DNA of 64,000 bases from Octopus sinensis (lineage: Eukaryota): contig NC_043009.1 of assembly GCF_006345805.1 (NCBI RefSeq), positions 1,240,001-1,304,000 of the forward strand, read 5' to 3'. The notes under the pieces were generated by a model. It saw only the letters and a list, made by a program, of their open reading frames with translations. It ran no database searches and was not told where the DNA came from. The position numbers and the translations under genes are program-made. Below are positions 41,344-54,484 of this stretch, one piece after another. Every line of letters starts with the position of its first letter. Within the stretch, counting starts at the first letter, position 1.

Positions 41344-41599
41344 TATATATATATATCTTTGTAATTAGTATATTAAGTTAATCCTTTGACGAATCAGTCA
41401 GATCAATAAGACTGGTGCCCAATTCTACTTGCTGTAACACAAAGTAAATAAAAGACGAGCACTCAGCGTAAATGTCCGCCAAGGCAACACCAACATCCTC
41501 TCAATGATTAGCCAGAGATGATTTTTAAAATGAGAATTTATGAAATAAACTAGATTGCTCCCAAGAATGAGAATACTAAAAGTGCACCTGGCCACTCTC

Positions 41600-41820
41600 A
41601 AAAATAAAGTGAAAATACGGGAAAAATAATCCAGAATACTTGTCCAGTACCAGATCGATCCCAAAATCTAACCAGTTTGTGCCAGTCAAGAGGCCAAACA
41701 TCCCCTGAAAGTTTCATCCAAATCCATCCAGTGGATCTTGAGATATCTTGTCCATGGACAAACAAACAAACAAACACAACTGAAAACAATACCTCTGCCT
41801 TCGCTAAGGCAGAGGTAATA
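41600..41820 (+). mobile_element. Helentron/HINE-like non-autonomous element
   Basis: (AAAC)n tract followed by a perfect 11-bp hairpin acctctgcctt-cgct-aaggcagaggt (41791-41816), the usual HINE layout. Confidence 0.65.
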
Positions 41821-42239
41821 AAGATAAGTTTTCCTCTAGGACAGAATGATAGTCTAATATAACTCTTAACAACTTGGAAGCTGTCGCCTCCTAAGTCTCT
41901 GGCACAGGAATAGTGCAAAACAGTTGTCATAGATTGGAACAGTTGTCAATGTTAGTTCTTTGCCACTGTTTTTGTATTAACTTTCAAAATGATAGAAATA
42001 AGTTTTGAAATCTTTTAACTGGCAAAACCCAAAAGTATAGATTTAATGAATTCAGCTGACTGTAGGAGGAGGGAATGGTGGGAGGTGTCAGGAAAACCTT
42101 CAAGTTTTTCTTTTCCTCACTCCCTCCCACTCTCTCCCCTCTCACATATTTTCTCTTCCTTTCATTTACACGCTCATTCTCTCATACATGCTATTGCTCT
42201 CTCTCTCTCTCTCTCTCTCTCTTTCAAGCATGTTTTCTG

Positions 42240-42293
<54 letters not shown>

Positions 42294-42752
42294 TAGTGTA
42301 TATCTGCATTTTGGTGGGTTCATTGCTTTCAGCACCAATCAATGTAAATAACCAGTCAAGTGCAGTAGAAACTAACAACCGTTCATCCTTGATAGAAATG
42401 CTTAGTGGCAAGAAGAAATGATAAAAAGCAATCTATATGAGCTTAGGACAGGCTTAGATGAGCTGCAGTTTGGTATTTGACGGACTTCATCAAGGTTGGT
42501 GGTACACACATACAAACACACAGTTTACAGAGAAAGTAAAAAGTTTGCAAAATGGAATAAATTATTTTGTTAAGAGGAAGAGGATGAGCATAACATTTTG
42601 AGCAAGGTGCTTCAATATAGAAAAAGAGCACTTGTAATTTACAGTACCCTGCTTAAGTATTTATTTAGAGGTGAGAGAGAGAAAGAGGCTTATTCGACTT
42701 CAAAAAATTCTATCATATATTTTGATGTGGCTGTGTGATGTATCTGGGCACG

Positions 42753-42786
<34 letters not shown>

Positions 42787-43419
42787 AAGAGAGCAAATTC
42801 ATTATCATTAAGGATGTATAATAAATATTTGCGACAACCATGTGGTTATTTTTAGTAATTTGTGTCATGAAATTTAACTTGCCAAACAGTTTAAGTCCCA
42901 TAAAAACGTGTGCCATGTCCTTCACAGGAAGTAAGAATGAAATAAGTGAAGAACTGAAGTCTGGAAACTCCAATTACCGACTAAAACACAGTATAAAAAC
43001 ATCCGTTTATTTTTTGGCCAAAAACTCCTGTGAGAAACTTAACTAGACTGATAAACAAAAACAATAAATGGAGCCAATGAAAGTTCCATTTTTTTGTGTC
43101 ACCTCTCCCTTGGCTATATTTATATAACCATACATATTATGTCGAAAGGGGTCTGTAGCCACTCCAGCTGTCAGTTTGAACTTGCACATTTATTGGCCTG
43201 AATTTTCTATTTCCATGGCTACGACAGGCATGAATCAAGCATATCAAACGAGCATGCACATACATGCACTGTTATTACTGTTCACGACCAGAAGTATCCA
43301 TGTCAGTTATTGATTAGTTTTATCAATTTGACAACAATGACAGAAGAGAAGAGACTAAAGACAGAAAAATAAAATCTATTTTTTAGAGTCTCAACTTGTT
43401 CTTTATTTTCTTTCTTCTT

Positions 43420-43476
43420 CTTCTTCATCTTCATCTTCTTCTTCTTCTTCTTCTTCTTCTTATTATTATTATTATT
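43420..43476 (+). repeat. Compound (TTC)n/(TTA)n microsatellite
   Basis: Direct read. Confidence 0.9.
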
Positions 43477-43699
43477 AAAGTTACTTTTTCAGTCTATCAG
43501 GAAATAAGAATGGACTGGGGATTAAATAAACAAGTCTAATTGTATATTTTCCATTTTTATAGTCCTTTCATGATTTCTTTCAATAATTAGCCAATATTTT
43601 TACTTCGGGTTTCTTTAACTTCTGCATTCACCACCATTAACAATTACACTTGTCTTGACCGAGTTATGCAACAAGGAATCACAATCATTTGATGTTTGG

Positions 43700-44035
43700 T
43701 GGGTGGGGGGAGATGCCTTTCCTGTCACCAAGCCTCACCTGTTTCCAAAAGCAAGGTAGTATTTTCACAGAAGACTGGAATCGAACAACATCCCTTGTAT
43801 GATGATGCTCATTTACATCTTCACCATGATGTCTAGATGAGAGTACATACAAACATCATCATCATTTACGGTCAGGCTGGCATGCTCTGGGGGTCAGGGT
43901 TTCATTTTCTGTCTACTAAATCCACTCACAATGCTTTGGCCAGCCTGGGGTTATAGTAAAGAAAATACCTGCGAAAGGTGCCATGCAGTGGGACTGAACC
44001 CAAGACCATGTGATTAAAAAGTTTCTTAAATGCAT
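43700..44035 (-). mobile_element. Family D SINE, 3'-eroded; further partial copies at ~26725-26940 (-) and ~29285-29416 (+)
   Basis: ctcacctgtttcc...aaggtagtattt body plus family A head. Confidence 0.7.
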
Positions 44036-44754
44036 ATAGAGAAAAAAATGATGTAATAATTTTAGATGAATACAAGGTTTAATAAACCTACACAAATATT
44101 GCATCTTATTTCACTTCAAATAAAGAGGCGAATTTATATTGTTTCCTTATTGATCTAGAAGTGAAATATAATAGGGACCAGCAGAGACAATGGAGGCTGA
44201 GAAACTGGTTTGTTGACCATCTAGTCACAAGTTCAAACTTTAATAAAACTACCCTGTGTGAGGAAAAGCATTTCATTTTGTCCAACTTAAAACAGGTAAG
44301 TGGCAAGTGATTTGAAATATTAGTCAACAGTACAAGCAACACAATCCAATAATATCAAGCACAATATTATAGAATGAATAACTTGAGGAAATGGATGCAG
44401 TTACATTGGCTAAGAAGGATTGTGAGAGAAAGCTCTTTGTTATTCTGGAAAAGAGATGAAGCAGAGTGAATTTGGTTGCTAGCAAGCTAATGTAACTGCT
44501 AATCTGAATACATAGCAACAACTTAGTTCATAGATCAAAAGAAATTAGCAACACCATATATAATTATCTATTATTGATAGCAAGAAAGAAGTGTAGAACA
44601 ACCTGAACTAGTTCTTTTCTCTTCTCCTCAAAACTTCCTCCATTCAAAACAAATTCAAAAGATGACCAATTTGTTGATCATGTTTGGCACTAAGTAAACT
44701 CTGATCAAGCAGACTTATGATGAAAGGCATTCCAACCATGACCATCATCGAAAT

Positions 44755-45148
44755 TCTTTTAGTTGTTTCAGTCATTTGACTGCAGCCATGCTACAGCACT
44801 GCCTTAAAGAGAATTTTTAGTCAAAGAAATTGCACCCCCCCCCACCGGACTTATTCTTTGTAAGCCTACTACTTATTCTATTGGCCTCTTTTGCCAAACC
44901 ACTAAGTTATGGGGTCATAAGCACACCAACACCAGTTGTCAAACAGTGATGGTGGGGGGACAAACACAGACATACACATAAATATATACACATACATTGA
45001 GCTTCTTTCAGTTTCCGTCTACCAAATCCCCTCACAAGGCTTTGGTTGGCCTGAGGCTATAGAAGACACTTGCCCAATGTGCTATGCAGTGGGACTGAAC
45101 CTGGAATCATGTGGTTGGGAAGCTACTTTCACAGCCACGCCTGCACAT
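44755..45148 (-). mobile_element. SINE family A, full length
   Basis: Colinear with the other copies. Confidence 0.85.
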
Positions 45149-45509
45149 ATCTACTAGAAAACACTATTCAAAGCAACCTATTTAAGATGGCCAGGGTGTC
45201 ATTGGAGAGAATATTTGGCAGCTACTTATAGCAGGTCAAGTGACCATGATAAAGCTCACTCATCGGGTCATTTGGTCCTTGCTGTACTATTGAGCAACAG
45301 TAGTTAACTATGGCACAAGAGGAGCTAACTGAAGATAAACTACCAATAGATTTATTGGTAGTCTAATTACAGCTGCATCATCTTTATTGTAAAAACAAAG
45401 CTGTTGTTAATTATATAATCCATATTTAAGGAAATTTCACTAGAATATTCAGAGGCTAACCTTCAATTTAATATGTAAAACCGTCTCCATTTTCATATTT
45501 AACGTTTAA

Positions 45510-46099
45510 CCCATTAGCATTTAAACCAGTCGTATCCCGCCAAAATATTCTACCTATTTTATGTTCAAACTAGCCAGAGTTGACCCCTTGCAACTACCCT
45601 ACAATGTCATTCAAAAAATAAACAATCAGGCGCAGGAGTGGCTGTGTGGTAAGTAGCTTGCTTTCCAACCACATGGTTCCAGGTTCAGTCCCACTGTGTG
45701 GCACCTTGGACGAGTGTCTTCCACTACAGCTTCGGGCTGACCAAAGACTAGTGAGTGGATTTGGTAGACAGAAACTGAAAGAGGCCCATTGTATATATGT
45801 ATATATATGTGTGTGTGTGTGTATCTGTGCTTGTCCCCACAACATCGCTTAACAACTGATGCTGGCATGTTTGCATCCCTGTAACTTAGCAGTTCGGCAA
45901 AAGAGACTGATAAAATAAGTACTAGGCTTACAAAGAATAAGTCCTGGAGTCGATTTGTCCAACTAAAGGCAGTGCTCCAACACGGCCGCAGTCAAATGAC
46001 TGAAACAAGGAAAAGAGAATCACATCATTGAAATTTCAAAGCCATGAGATGGTACGTGATTAATTCGTAACGATGACAGAGTAATCTGAATGCTAAGGG
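45510..46099 (+). mobile_element. piggyBac-like (TTAA, CCC...GGG) MITE interrupted by SINE A; relatives at 50959-51107 (-) and 6062-6636
   Basis: TTAA|cccattagcatttaaacc ... ctgaatgctaaggg|TTAG. The 50959-51107 copy has TTAA on both sides. Confidence 0.75.
45629..46017 (+). mobile_element. SINE family A, full-length reference copy, nested in a MITE with an AATCA duplication
   Basis: tRNA-like head, CORE-like central block, internal TA/TG microsatellite and 3' tail. AATCA occurs at 45624-45628 and 46018-46022. Confidence 0.92.
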
Positions 46100-46629
46100 T
46101 TAGCATCATGTCCTATATTACTATCATCATTTCTAACATAAGTTTACCATGCTGGCATTGGTTGCACTGGTTTCACTCACTGCTTGCAGATGGTTCTTCA
46201 TCATATAATCCAGTAACAGAGAAAACTAGCCATCATTGTTCTGTGAATGTCATGTTTTTGACATGGTTTTTACGGACAGTCACTTCCATCAACAATGTCA
46301 TGTTATTTTCGAATTCATTCTACAGATGTTGTGAATATTGGGATAAAATTACTTGCAAAAAAAAAAAAAAAATAAATAAATAAAGTCACCAATAAAAATG
46401 AAACATTCAAATTATATTTAATTGGTGACACTGCTGAAGATGACAGTAGTTTATCATAATATGCTGACCAATTATTTGAAACAAGCTAAAAGTTAACACA
46501 GGAAGATTAACATCAGCTGCTCTGTTTCAAGGATCTAATGTTTAGCAAATTTATTAAGAAAATATCTGCAGAACTATATCTCCCTACAATCAGCAGTGAC
46601 TGAACATATTTTAGTGTTGGTCTGGATGC

Positions 46630-47160
46630 AGGGGCTGTGGCCAGTGCCTTCATTGTTAGTTCAACATGGTTTGTCTTGAATAGTTGCAAATTGAGGGCCG
46701 CCAGAAAAATGTTGGCAGAGAGGGGATTCCAGGAACCTGATATTCTGGAGAAAAGAGAGAGAAAATAACGGCTAAAAAAGAGATGGGGGGGCATGGACAT
46801 AACATGGTTGACAAAGACGAAAAGTAGGAAGTGCCTCAATAAAGTGCACAAAATCAACCAGTGTTAGTTCTGGAAAGAGAAGGCTACCATAGTTGTAGAA
46901 GGAAAGTGAAGAGACTGCATGTTTGTGGGTCAGAGATTGCAGTGTATGGGTGAGAGGCTTTGTCCCAAACTGTTGGGTGGTTTCTTTTGGCTATAATATC
47001 TTTATGCTTAGCAGAAGCACCGTTCCAGATGTGGGAGAAGCACTTCATTCTGGGCCTCACTCAAGCTTCGTAGAGCTAAATAATTCTTTAGATAACAAGA
47101 ATTTTCTATCCCTGAAGAGAATGGCTTTGTCTGTGATAGAGGCTGTTTGACGGCAACCCA
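46630..47160 (-). mobile_element. CR1-clade LINE 3' fragment (degenerate)
   Basis: Minus translation contains TLQSLTHKHAVSSLSFY and SRISGSWNPLSANIFLAALNLQLFKT, resembling the CR1 end (LxxRRxVxSLxxFY...PRTxxLWNxLPxxVFPxxxNLxxFK). Confidence 0.7.
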
Positions 47161-48124
47161 ATCACAGGTTCTTAGATATTCTGAGAAAGTTACTACAAAA
47201 AGGAAGAGACAATACTATGAACTTGCATGAATATGTCAAACAGTTTTCCTAAAACATACTATGGCTATGTCGTTAAGAAGATTGTAATAAATGTCCTATT
47301 TATAGTAAACTATTTTAACTGACAGATATTAGTGAGTTTTGGAAAAGTACAGTAAATAAACCACACAACCGGATACATTTTACCAAAATATATCTTTAAA
47401 AAATTATCAAAGCGTAACACAAGAAAATATGCCAAGTCAAACAGCAACCAACACAAGAAATTATAGGTGAATGTCATGTCTGTACTGGTTACATTGTTTT
47501 AGTTAGCTGTAGCTTATCAGAATAAGTACTAAAATGGTTTAGATAAAATCCCAAAAGACACGGCCTGTCTTGTCACTTTTCAAAAGAGGATCTACAAAAC
47601 TGAAATGCCGTCTGGAAAACAAACAAACTATTGTTTCAGCGCAAAGAATATGAATTGGAGACAGCCATTTGACTAAACAGAATCCCCAAAGACAAACCAA
47701 GTCTTTTGGGAGTTTACCTAAATCCTTTTGTTAGGTAGTATTTAATATCAGCTGATACTTGGATAAGCTACATTTAACTGAAAGAATGTTGATCAGTAAA
47801 TCTGAGAGGACATTCATTCGGTTGGAATTGTGAAAACTGACTGATGGCATAAATCTCAGAAGCCCCAGGAGAGATAGTAAGAATTGCCATTAGAAGGAGA
47901 AGATTCTCCATGAGATAATGCTGATTACATAGACATATCTACTTCATGCTAACTTGAAAAAGTGGATGGTAAATTTAAAACGACATTGCTGTCAATGGTG
48001 ATGTTGCTAAATTTTATTAGTTCAAAAATTTTTGTAATCAACTTTTTTGATTCAAGATTTCCTTGAAGATGTTTGATTTGGGGATATACAACAATAGAAA
48101 GTTATGTTTTTTTAAAATACTTAC

Positions 48125-48235
48125 TTTAATATCATTATTTTCCTTATCAATGTAGGTAAGGCCAAAGTAATCCTTTTCAAGAAGATTCAGTTGATCACAT
48201 ACTTTATTAAACAACTCCTGGCCTGAACCGTTTTT
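48125..48235 (-). CDS. EPB41: Internal coding exon (111 nt, phase 0-0) of a protein 4.1/coracle-family FERM protein, FERM N-lobe: [37 protein letters not shown]
   Basis: Minus strand reads tttttttttttcttcag|AAA AAC GGT...GAT ATT AAA|gtaagt. The peptide carries the [22 protein letters not shown] signature of band 4.1 FERM domains. From recalled alignment, the boundaries match the KHAKG...TSK exon of vertebrate EPB41. Subfamily assignment is by recall, not a search. Confidence 0.92.
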
Positions 48236-49499
48236 CTGAAGAAAAAAAAAAAAGATACAGATAAATTAATAAATTAAAAGCAAAAATATTATAAAAAAAG
48301 ATCCAAACAATATACACAAAAGATTATATTTATAAAGAACTGGTGATGGTGCTATGTAAAAAGCACCCAGCACACTCTGTAAAGTGGTTGGCATTAGGAA
48401 GGGCATCCAGCTGTAGAAAGCATGCTACCTAATGCAGCTCCTGTCAAACTGTACAACCCATGCCAGCATGGAAAATGGATGTTACAGGGTGATGATGAAA
48501 GATACCCCAATTGGTGTTAGATGTTCACATCAGTCATCACACACAATATCATACTTGTCAAAAACCAAAGCTCTGGATCCAATGGTAATTCTTAGTAAAA
48601 AGATCAAAGACTAGTTTGTTGTCACTGTCTCCAAGATCATCGGCAAAATAAAACTGAGCAATGTAAGCAAACGAGACATTTATTTGTGGTGTTCTTGCTT
48701 TTTATGCCTCATATATATCCACTCATTGTATCCTATCTACAATGTGTTGGACTGTAACAGTGAGAGTCAAGTGACTTGATTAAGGACATAGAGCTGTGAC
48801 AGTGACAAGAAAAGAACCAAGGTTGGCATTCTTGTCACTAGAATTCATTGATCTTTTTTTATTTGTATGTATGAATGGTGGAAAAAATATAATAAATAAA
48901 AGAAAAAACCCCAATCTGCATAGTCAACTGGACTTAATTGGTGTTTCTCTGTTACTAAAACAGTAGGGGACTGCATTTATGACTAATGTTGAAAACAATG
49001 TGAGGAAGACAAAATAGCATTGAGATTAAGAAAACTATTAGCAGAAACTAGAATAATAGTTATTAAGTCATCAAATTGTTTTGCTGATCTGATTGCACAG
49101 ACAAATAACACTTAAGGTAGGTGAATAACTAGACAGGTAGATAACCAGTTTTACTGTACAGAAGAAAGTGGTACCCAAGAAAATTAGAAGTTACAATAAG
49201 AATGATAAATAAATTTCTCAACATCCAACTCACCAGTTTAAAATTTCACTAAACTACAACCATGTAAGTAAAGCATGCTACTTTGTGTGTCTGACTGAAT
49301 ATAGATACTACTTCAATTTTACAGTTGAACAGTTACCAATAGTAGAAAGCACAATGAACTAGCAAAACATAAATGGTGTTAACAATTTATGTGGAAATAT
49401 TTAAAATATATGAAAACCATGCCAACGAGCACCCAGAGAAAGGATTATAAAAATGTAAGAAACTTCCAAGAAAAATAAAGTAATTAAATCCAGAAGTCT

Positions 49500-49718
49500 T
49501 TTACTCTTTTACCCGTTTCAGTCGTTTGACTGTGGCTATGCTGGAGCGCCACCTTAAGTGGTTTATACTCAAGGAAATTGACCCCAAGACTTATTCTATC
49601 AGTCTCTTTTACCAAACTGCTAAATTACAGGGATGTAAACACACCAACATCAGTTGTCAAGCGATGGTGGGTGGACAAGCATAGACACAAAGACACTCAC
49701 ACAGCCATGCCTGTGCCT
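49500..49718 (-). mobile_element. SINE family A with a large internal deletion
   Basis: The tail half is joined directly to the extreme 5' end of the head (cacagccatgcctgtgcctat). Confidence 0.75.
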
Positions 49719-49733
49719 ATATTGGTAGCAAGA

Positions 49734-49966
49734 AAGGCGGCGAGGAGCTGGCAAAAATGTTAGCACGCCAGGTGAAATGCGTAGCCGTATTTCATCTGCC
49801 GTTACATTCTGAGTTCAAATTCCACCGAGGTCGACTTTGCCTTTCATCCTTTCGGGGTCGATAAATTAAGTACCAGTTCACTGGGGTCAATGTAACCAAC
49901 TTAATCCGTTTGTCTGTCCCTGTTTGTCCCCTCTGTGTTTAGCCCCTTGTGGGTAGTAAAGAAATA
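49734..49966 (+). mobile_element. Full-length young family B SINE with a 16-bp target-site duplication
   Basis: TATATTGGTAGCAAGA at 49718-49733 and 49967-49982; tRNA-like head; gagttcaaattcc B-box. Confidence 0.92.
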
Positions 49967-50444
49967 TATATTGGTAGCAAGATATTAAATTAGGTCTTTT
50001 TTTTTTTTTATTTATAATTAAATTTACAATAAGAAATTGCAACTATGTAACGAAGATCACAGACTGACAACAAAACGTTTTTCCCAGCCAGCTCTCTCTT
50101 GGAAACTATACAAAATCATGAAGCCTAGGTTCGTAATCTTGGGTAGTATACACATACATTTATTGTGCCTACCTGTTTCTGGTGTAAGCAAACAGAGAAC
50201 ATTCATTTATACACATGTGCAAAACTGTGTACCTTAGGGAGGCGAATAGTAACTAAGGAATTGAAATTATAATTAATGCTTTTCTTAATGAACTCATTAA
50301 TGATTCATTAGTTTTCAATGTGTTTCAGGTGCTTTGTTGTATCCCCTAATTAAAAAACAAATTCTACACTACCACAGTTTATTCAGCTGGAAAATACCAT
50401 TTTCATAGAAAGAACTCCCTATAATAAATTAGGGTAATGGGTAA

Positions 50445-50788
50445 ACAGCCACTTTGGTCATGAATGACCATGGGATTGCAACTAGAAAGTTACCCTACCG
50501 AGGCACAAGTCTGGGCGAGGTTGTTTATGGAAGACCAGCAGTCACCCATGCATACCAGTCTTCTTCCCTCTCCATGCCACTGATGTTATCCAAGGGAAAG
50601 GCAAAGGGGCCGATACAACTTGGCACCAGCGATGACGTCACAACTCATTTCTTCAGCTGAGTGAACTGGAACAACGTGAAATAAACTGTCTTATTGAAGA
50701 ACCCAACATACAGCCCAGTGCAGGAATCGAACTCACTACCTCATGAGTGTTATCCTGATGCTCTAACCACTGAGCCATGCATCTTCAC
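50445..50788 (-). mobile_element. SINE family E, tail type 1
   Basis: Reverse complement of 6772-7110. Confidence 0.85.
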
Positions 50789-51992
50789 ATAATAAATTAT
50801 TGCTCTATTAATGAGGAGGATTGCTTCCTCATCTACTTAACGTTGTTGAAACTAGAGTTAAACAATTGTGTTGTGGCTGTGACAACAACAACAACAACAT
50901 TATTCCAAGTGCAATATACTTCATCTCAAGTATCCAGACTTCAAAAACAAACTGTTAACCCTTTGGCCTTCAAATTACTCTGTCAAACATGATACTTATT
51001 TTTAGAATGATATTACAGGGTAGGGGTGGCAGGCTGGATCTGGCCAGTTTTAATATAAAGCAAGTTGAATATTTGAGCTGGATAGGACCGGTTTAAACCC
51101 TAAAGGGTTAATAATTACATAACCCTGCATTTTCACAAGAAAAAAAAAAACAAAAAAAAAACGAGGGATCAATTTTTTATAAACACAGGTCGTTATTTAG
51201 CCCCAAGATCTTTAATCAAAGGTATTTTAGACACGATCATCCAGTCTTCTTTTTAAAATGTTTTTCTTCCTCCCAGACACAGTGTCATTATGTATTTTAT
51301 TTTTGAATGAGCAGGATGTGACTAAGATTTAACTGGTATTTCTGCTACATTGATGGACCATCTAAAGGCTTTTGACATAAGCAACTTGAATACAACTGCA
51401 TTTTTAAAAAAAACTTTAAAAAAACGTTTTACAAATATATTTGATTGTTATAGAAATAAACGACGTGCCAACAAATTATTAGAGAAGGCATTTCACAACT
51501 TTCTTGTGTTCTGAATCTAAAAATTGACATGGCATTTATATTCTGGCATTTAAAACAACAATCATTGAAATTTAATAATAGAATCTACCTTAAAACCTGA
51601 CATCAGATCATATGTTAATTGTAAAGTTTGAGGCAGGGAGATATTCTACGCTGTCATAAACTGGGAATTCTGTGATTGTTTCATTTGCCCAATGTAGCAG
51701 CCAAATTTCCTTCAATAAACTTCCTACATGAAGCTACTTAAATAATTCTACAACATCAGATCAAAAAGTTTTATAAGACATTCTTATAAGTTACCTCCTG
51801 TGATTTGTGTATTTATTTTGATATCCCATTCAGTCATGTGTAACCTCATGTATTCTCATCTAAAATGGAGACGAGTACCAACACTTCCATGAGGCATGGT
51901 TGAACAATTGTGAAGATCACTTCACATAAAATCACCGGTTGCCTTATTAACCCACAAATAAAGTGTGTATATATATATATTCAATATATATA

Positions 51993-52129
51993 CTGTATTT
52001 TAATGTGTATAAGGAACCCTTTTTGTCAAAAATTAGGTTAAAAAATATAGTACTACAATCCCTTACAAAACCTTTTCCAAATTTAAAGCCCCCCAAATTA
52101 GGGGGTTCCTTATATACGTTAAAATATGG
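51993..52129. mobile_element. Short Tc1/mariner/pogo-type MITE, TA target duplication
   Basis: TA|ctgtattttaatgtgtataaggaaccc ... gggttccttatatacgttaaaatatgg|TA. Confidence 0.85.
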
Positions 52130-52696
52130 TAGGTACAGCTACAGCTGTGTGGTTAAGGAGTTTACTGCAGAACTAAGTAGTTCTAGATTCAATCTGATAT
52201 GGATGTGTCCATGTGTTTATGTTTACACTAAAGACAAGTGTTGTGCTGTGTTTCTTTATGTCCTGCAATTCAGCAGTTCCAGTAATAGGAATTGACAAAA
52301 ACAATACCAGACTGAAATATTGTTGCAGTCCAATGACAAACTAATGGAAGAATAAAATAATAACACAACACTAAGTCTCAGGAGATATCTCACAAAGTAT
52401 CAGGGCCTGTTTTATAGGTCATTATTTGAGAATACTATGTCCTGTATAAGAATGCAATACAAAAATGAAAGTAGAAAACGACAGATTTAATCCTATCACT
52501 AACTTGGTAAAGGCCATCTCTGTTTTCATGATATAAAACTTGCCTTTTTCCCAAAGTGTTCATATTTAAACTAAATATAACAGAACATTTTGCCACATTA
52601 TCAATCCAAAATCTGGTGTTTGGATAACAAAATGTCAGTTATTTTACTAAATTTTAAAAACTCAATCACTTAGGAAGTGTATTTCATGAGAAATAT

Positions 52697-52912
52697 CTTT
52701 TATCTTTTACTTGCTTCAGTCACTGGATTGCAGCCATGCTATGGCACCAGCTTGAAAGGTTTAGTCAAATTGACCCCAGTGCTTATTTTTAAGTCTGGTA
52801 CTTATTATATCAATCTCTTTTGCTGAACTGCTAGGTTCTGGAGACGTATACAATCCAACACCATTTGTCAGGCAATGGCGATGGTAGACAACACAAACTG
52901 AAAGACATAAAT

Positions 52913-52945
<33 letters not shown>

Positions 52946-53331
52946 GCCAATAGGGGAGAGCTACAAATGCTCAATATAGAAAGAAAACACCAGTAGTGCT
53001 CAAAGGACTGGAACTTAAATCTGTGCAGTCTTTATCAAGGATCAGCTCCAAAGAGTAAAGAGTGGTTCTAAGAAAAATCCAGGTGAGCTGATATGGAGAT
53101 AGTGATGCAGATATAAACGATTAGGCCTGATATATACATAGACATTTAAATACACATACATACACACGCATATTATATAAACAGGTCCCCACAGTTTCTG
53201 CTACCATATTCACTCACAAGGCATTGGTTTGCCTAGAGCTACAGTAGAAGACACTTGCCCAAGGTGCTGTCCAATAGGACTGAACTCAAAATCATGTATT
53301 TGCAGAGCAAGATTCTTTACACAGCCATGCC
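52697..53331 (-). mobile_element. SINE family A split at its microsatellite by ~240 bp of unrelated sequence
   Basis: Tail half at 52697-52942, insert at 52943-53184, head half at 53185-53331. Confidence 0.7.
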
Positions 53332-53941
53332 AAGACCTGATGGTCACACAAGGATTAAAATAAAGGGAGTGGATTTTTTGTAACATTACATTCTTCAGAG
53401 AAATGTATTCTGTGAAGAACAAGAAAAACAAATCACATTACTCAAAATACTATTAAAAAGTTAACAAAAATTCTTTCTTCTTTCATTAATCAAATCAGTA
53501 AACACACTGCTGCTTCTAATGGTGGGATATTCCACACTGATGGTACACATGGGATACACTACACTCTATGAACAGCTGGGTGAACTGGTTGATACTGTGG
53601 CACCAGTGATAAAATATAAGAGTGAAAAGGTAGACAGATACTGTATTGATTTGGTCAGCTGTGACTCCTACTAATCCATGTACAATTCCAACACTACTTT
53701 CTCATACTATGACTGTATATGGAGGAAGAAGAGACCAGCTAACTATACCTGACTGTTGCAGCTGCCTTAACAACAGGCAACCAAATTAAACAGAGCTAAC
53801 TAGATTCTTTAATTAACACAACTTGCTGCTTAACAAGTCCAAATGTTTAAATATATCATATCAAAATCAACATGATATTAAGTTTCAATTTCTTAGTTTG
53901 GTGTTTTTGTGAAGTTGCTTAGCTGAGATCTTGATTGACAT

Positions 53942-54092
53942 TAGGTATGGCTGTGAGGTTGAGAAGCTTGTTTCGCAACCATGTAGTATAGGGTTCAGTC
54001 CCACTGGGCATCATCTTGAGCATTTCTACTGAAGCCCCAGGCCAAACAATGCTGTGTGAGCGAATTTTGTAGAGGGAAACTGCATGGAAGAT

Positions 54093-54146
<54 letters not shown>

Positions 54147-54386
54147 CATACATACATACATATTTAAGAATGTATGTACATGTGCCTTTGTGTTTGTCCC
54201 CTCAATTTGACAACCAGTGTTGGTTCATTTACATCCTAATAATTTAGTGGCTCAGCAAAAAGAGACCAAAAGAATAAGTATTAGACTTAAAAAAAAAAAA
54301 GTACCAGGGTCGAAAGATTCATCGAAATCCTTTAAAGTAGTGCCCCAGCATGGTCGTAGCCCAAATGACAAACAAAAGATAAGAGT
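53942..54386 (+). mobile_element. SINE family A with an expanded internal (TA)n(CATA)n
   Basis: Colinear with the other copies. Confidence 0.8.
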
Positions 54387-54484
54387 TAAACATAAGGATG
54401 CAAATTAGTAAAGGGGTACTGACAGCTGCCTTCTACTTTCTTGTGCACATAGTAAGTACTTATTCTATCAACCAAAAAGGAAGG

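Larger units (their letters stand above)
9204..48124 (-). other. 38,921-bp GT-AG intron inside the FERM domain coding region
   Basis: Lies between two in-frame consecutive FERM exons with canonical sites. No intervening FERM-like exon was found by manual scan. Confidence 0.8.

Noticed and set aside
45629-45705. tRNA gene interpretation of SINE heads
   Set aside because: A/B-box-like motifs are present but there is no complete cloverleaf, and each head continues into a SINE body.
46513-46857. 114-aa minus-strand ORF with a good acceptor, first considered a host exon
   Set aside because: The peptide and upstream frames match a degenerate CR1 LINE 3' end.
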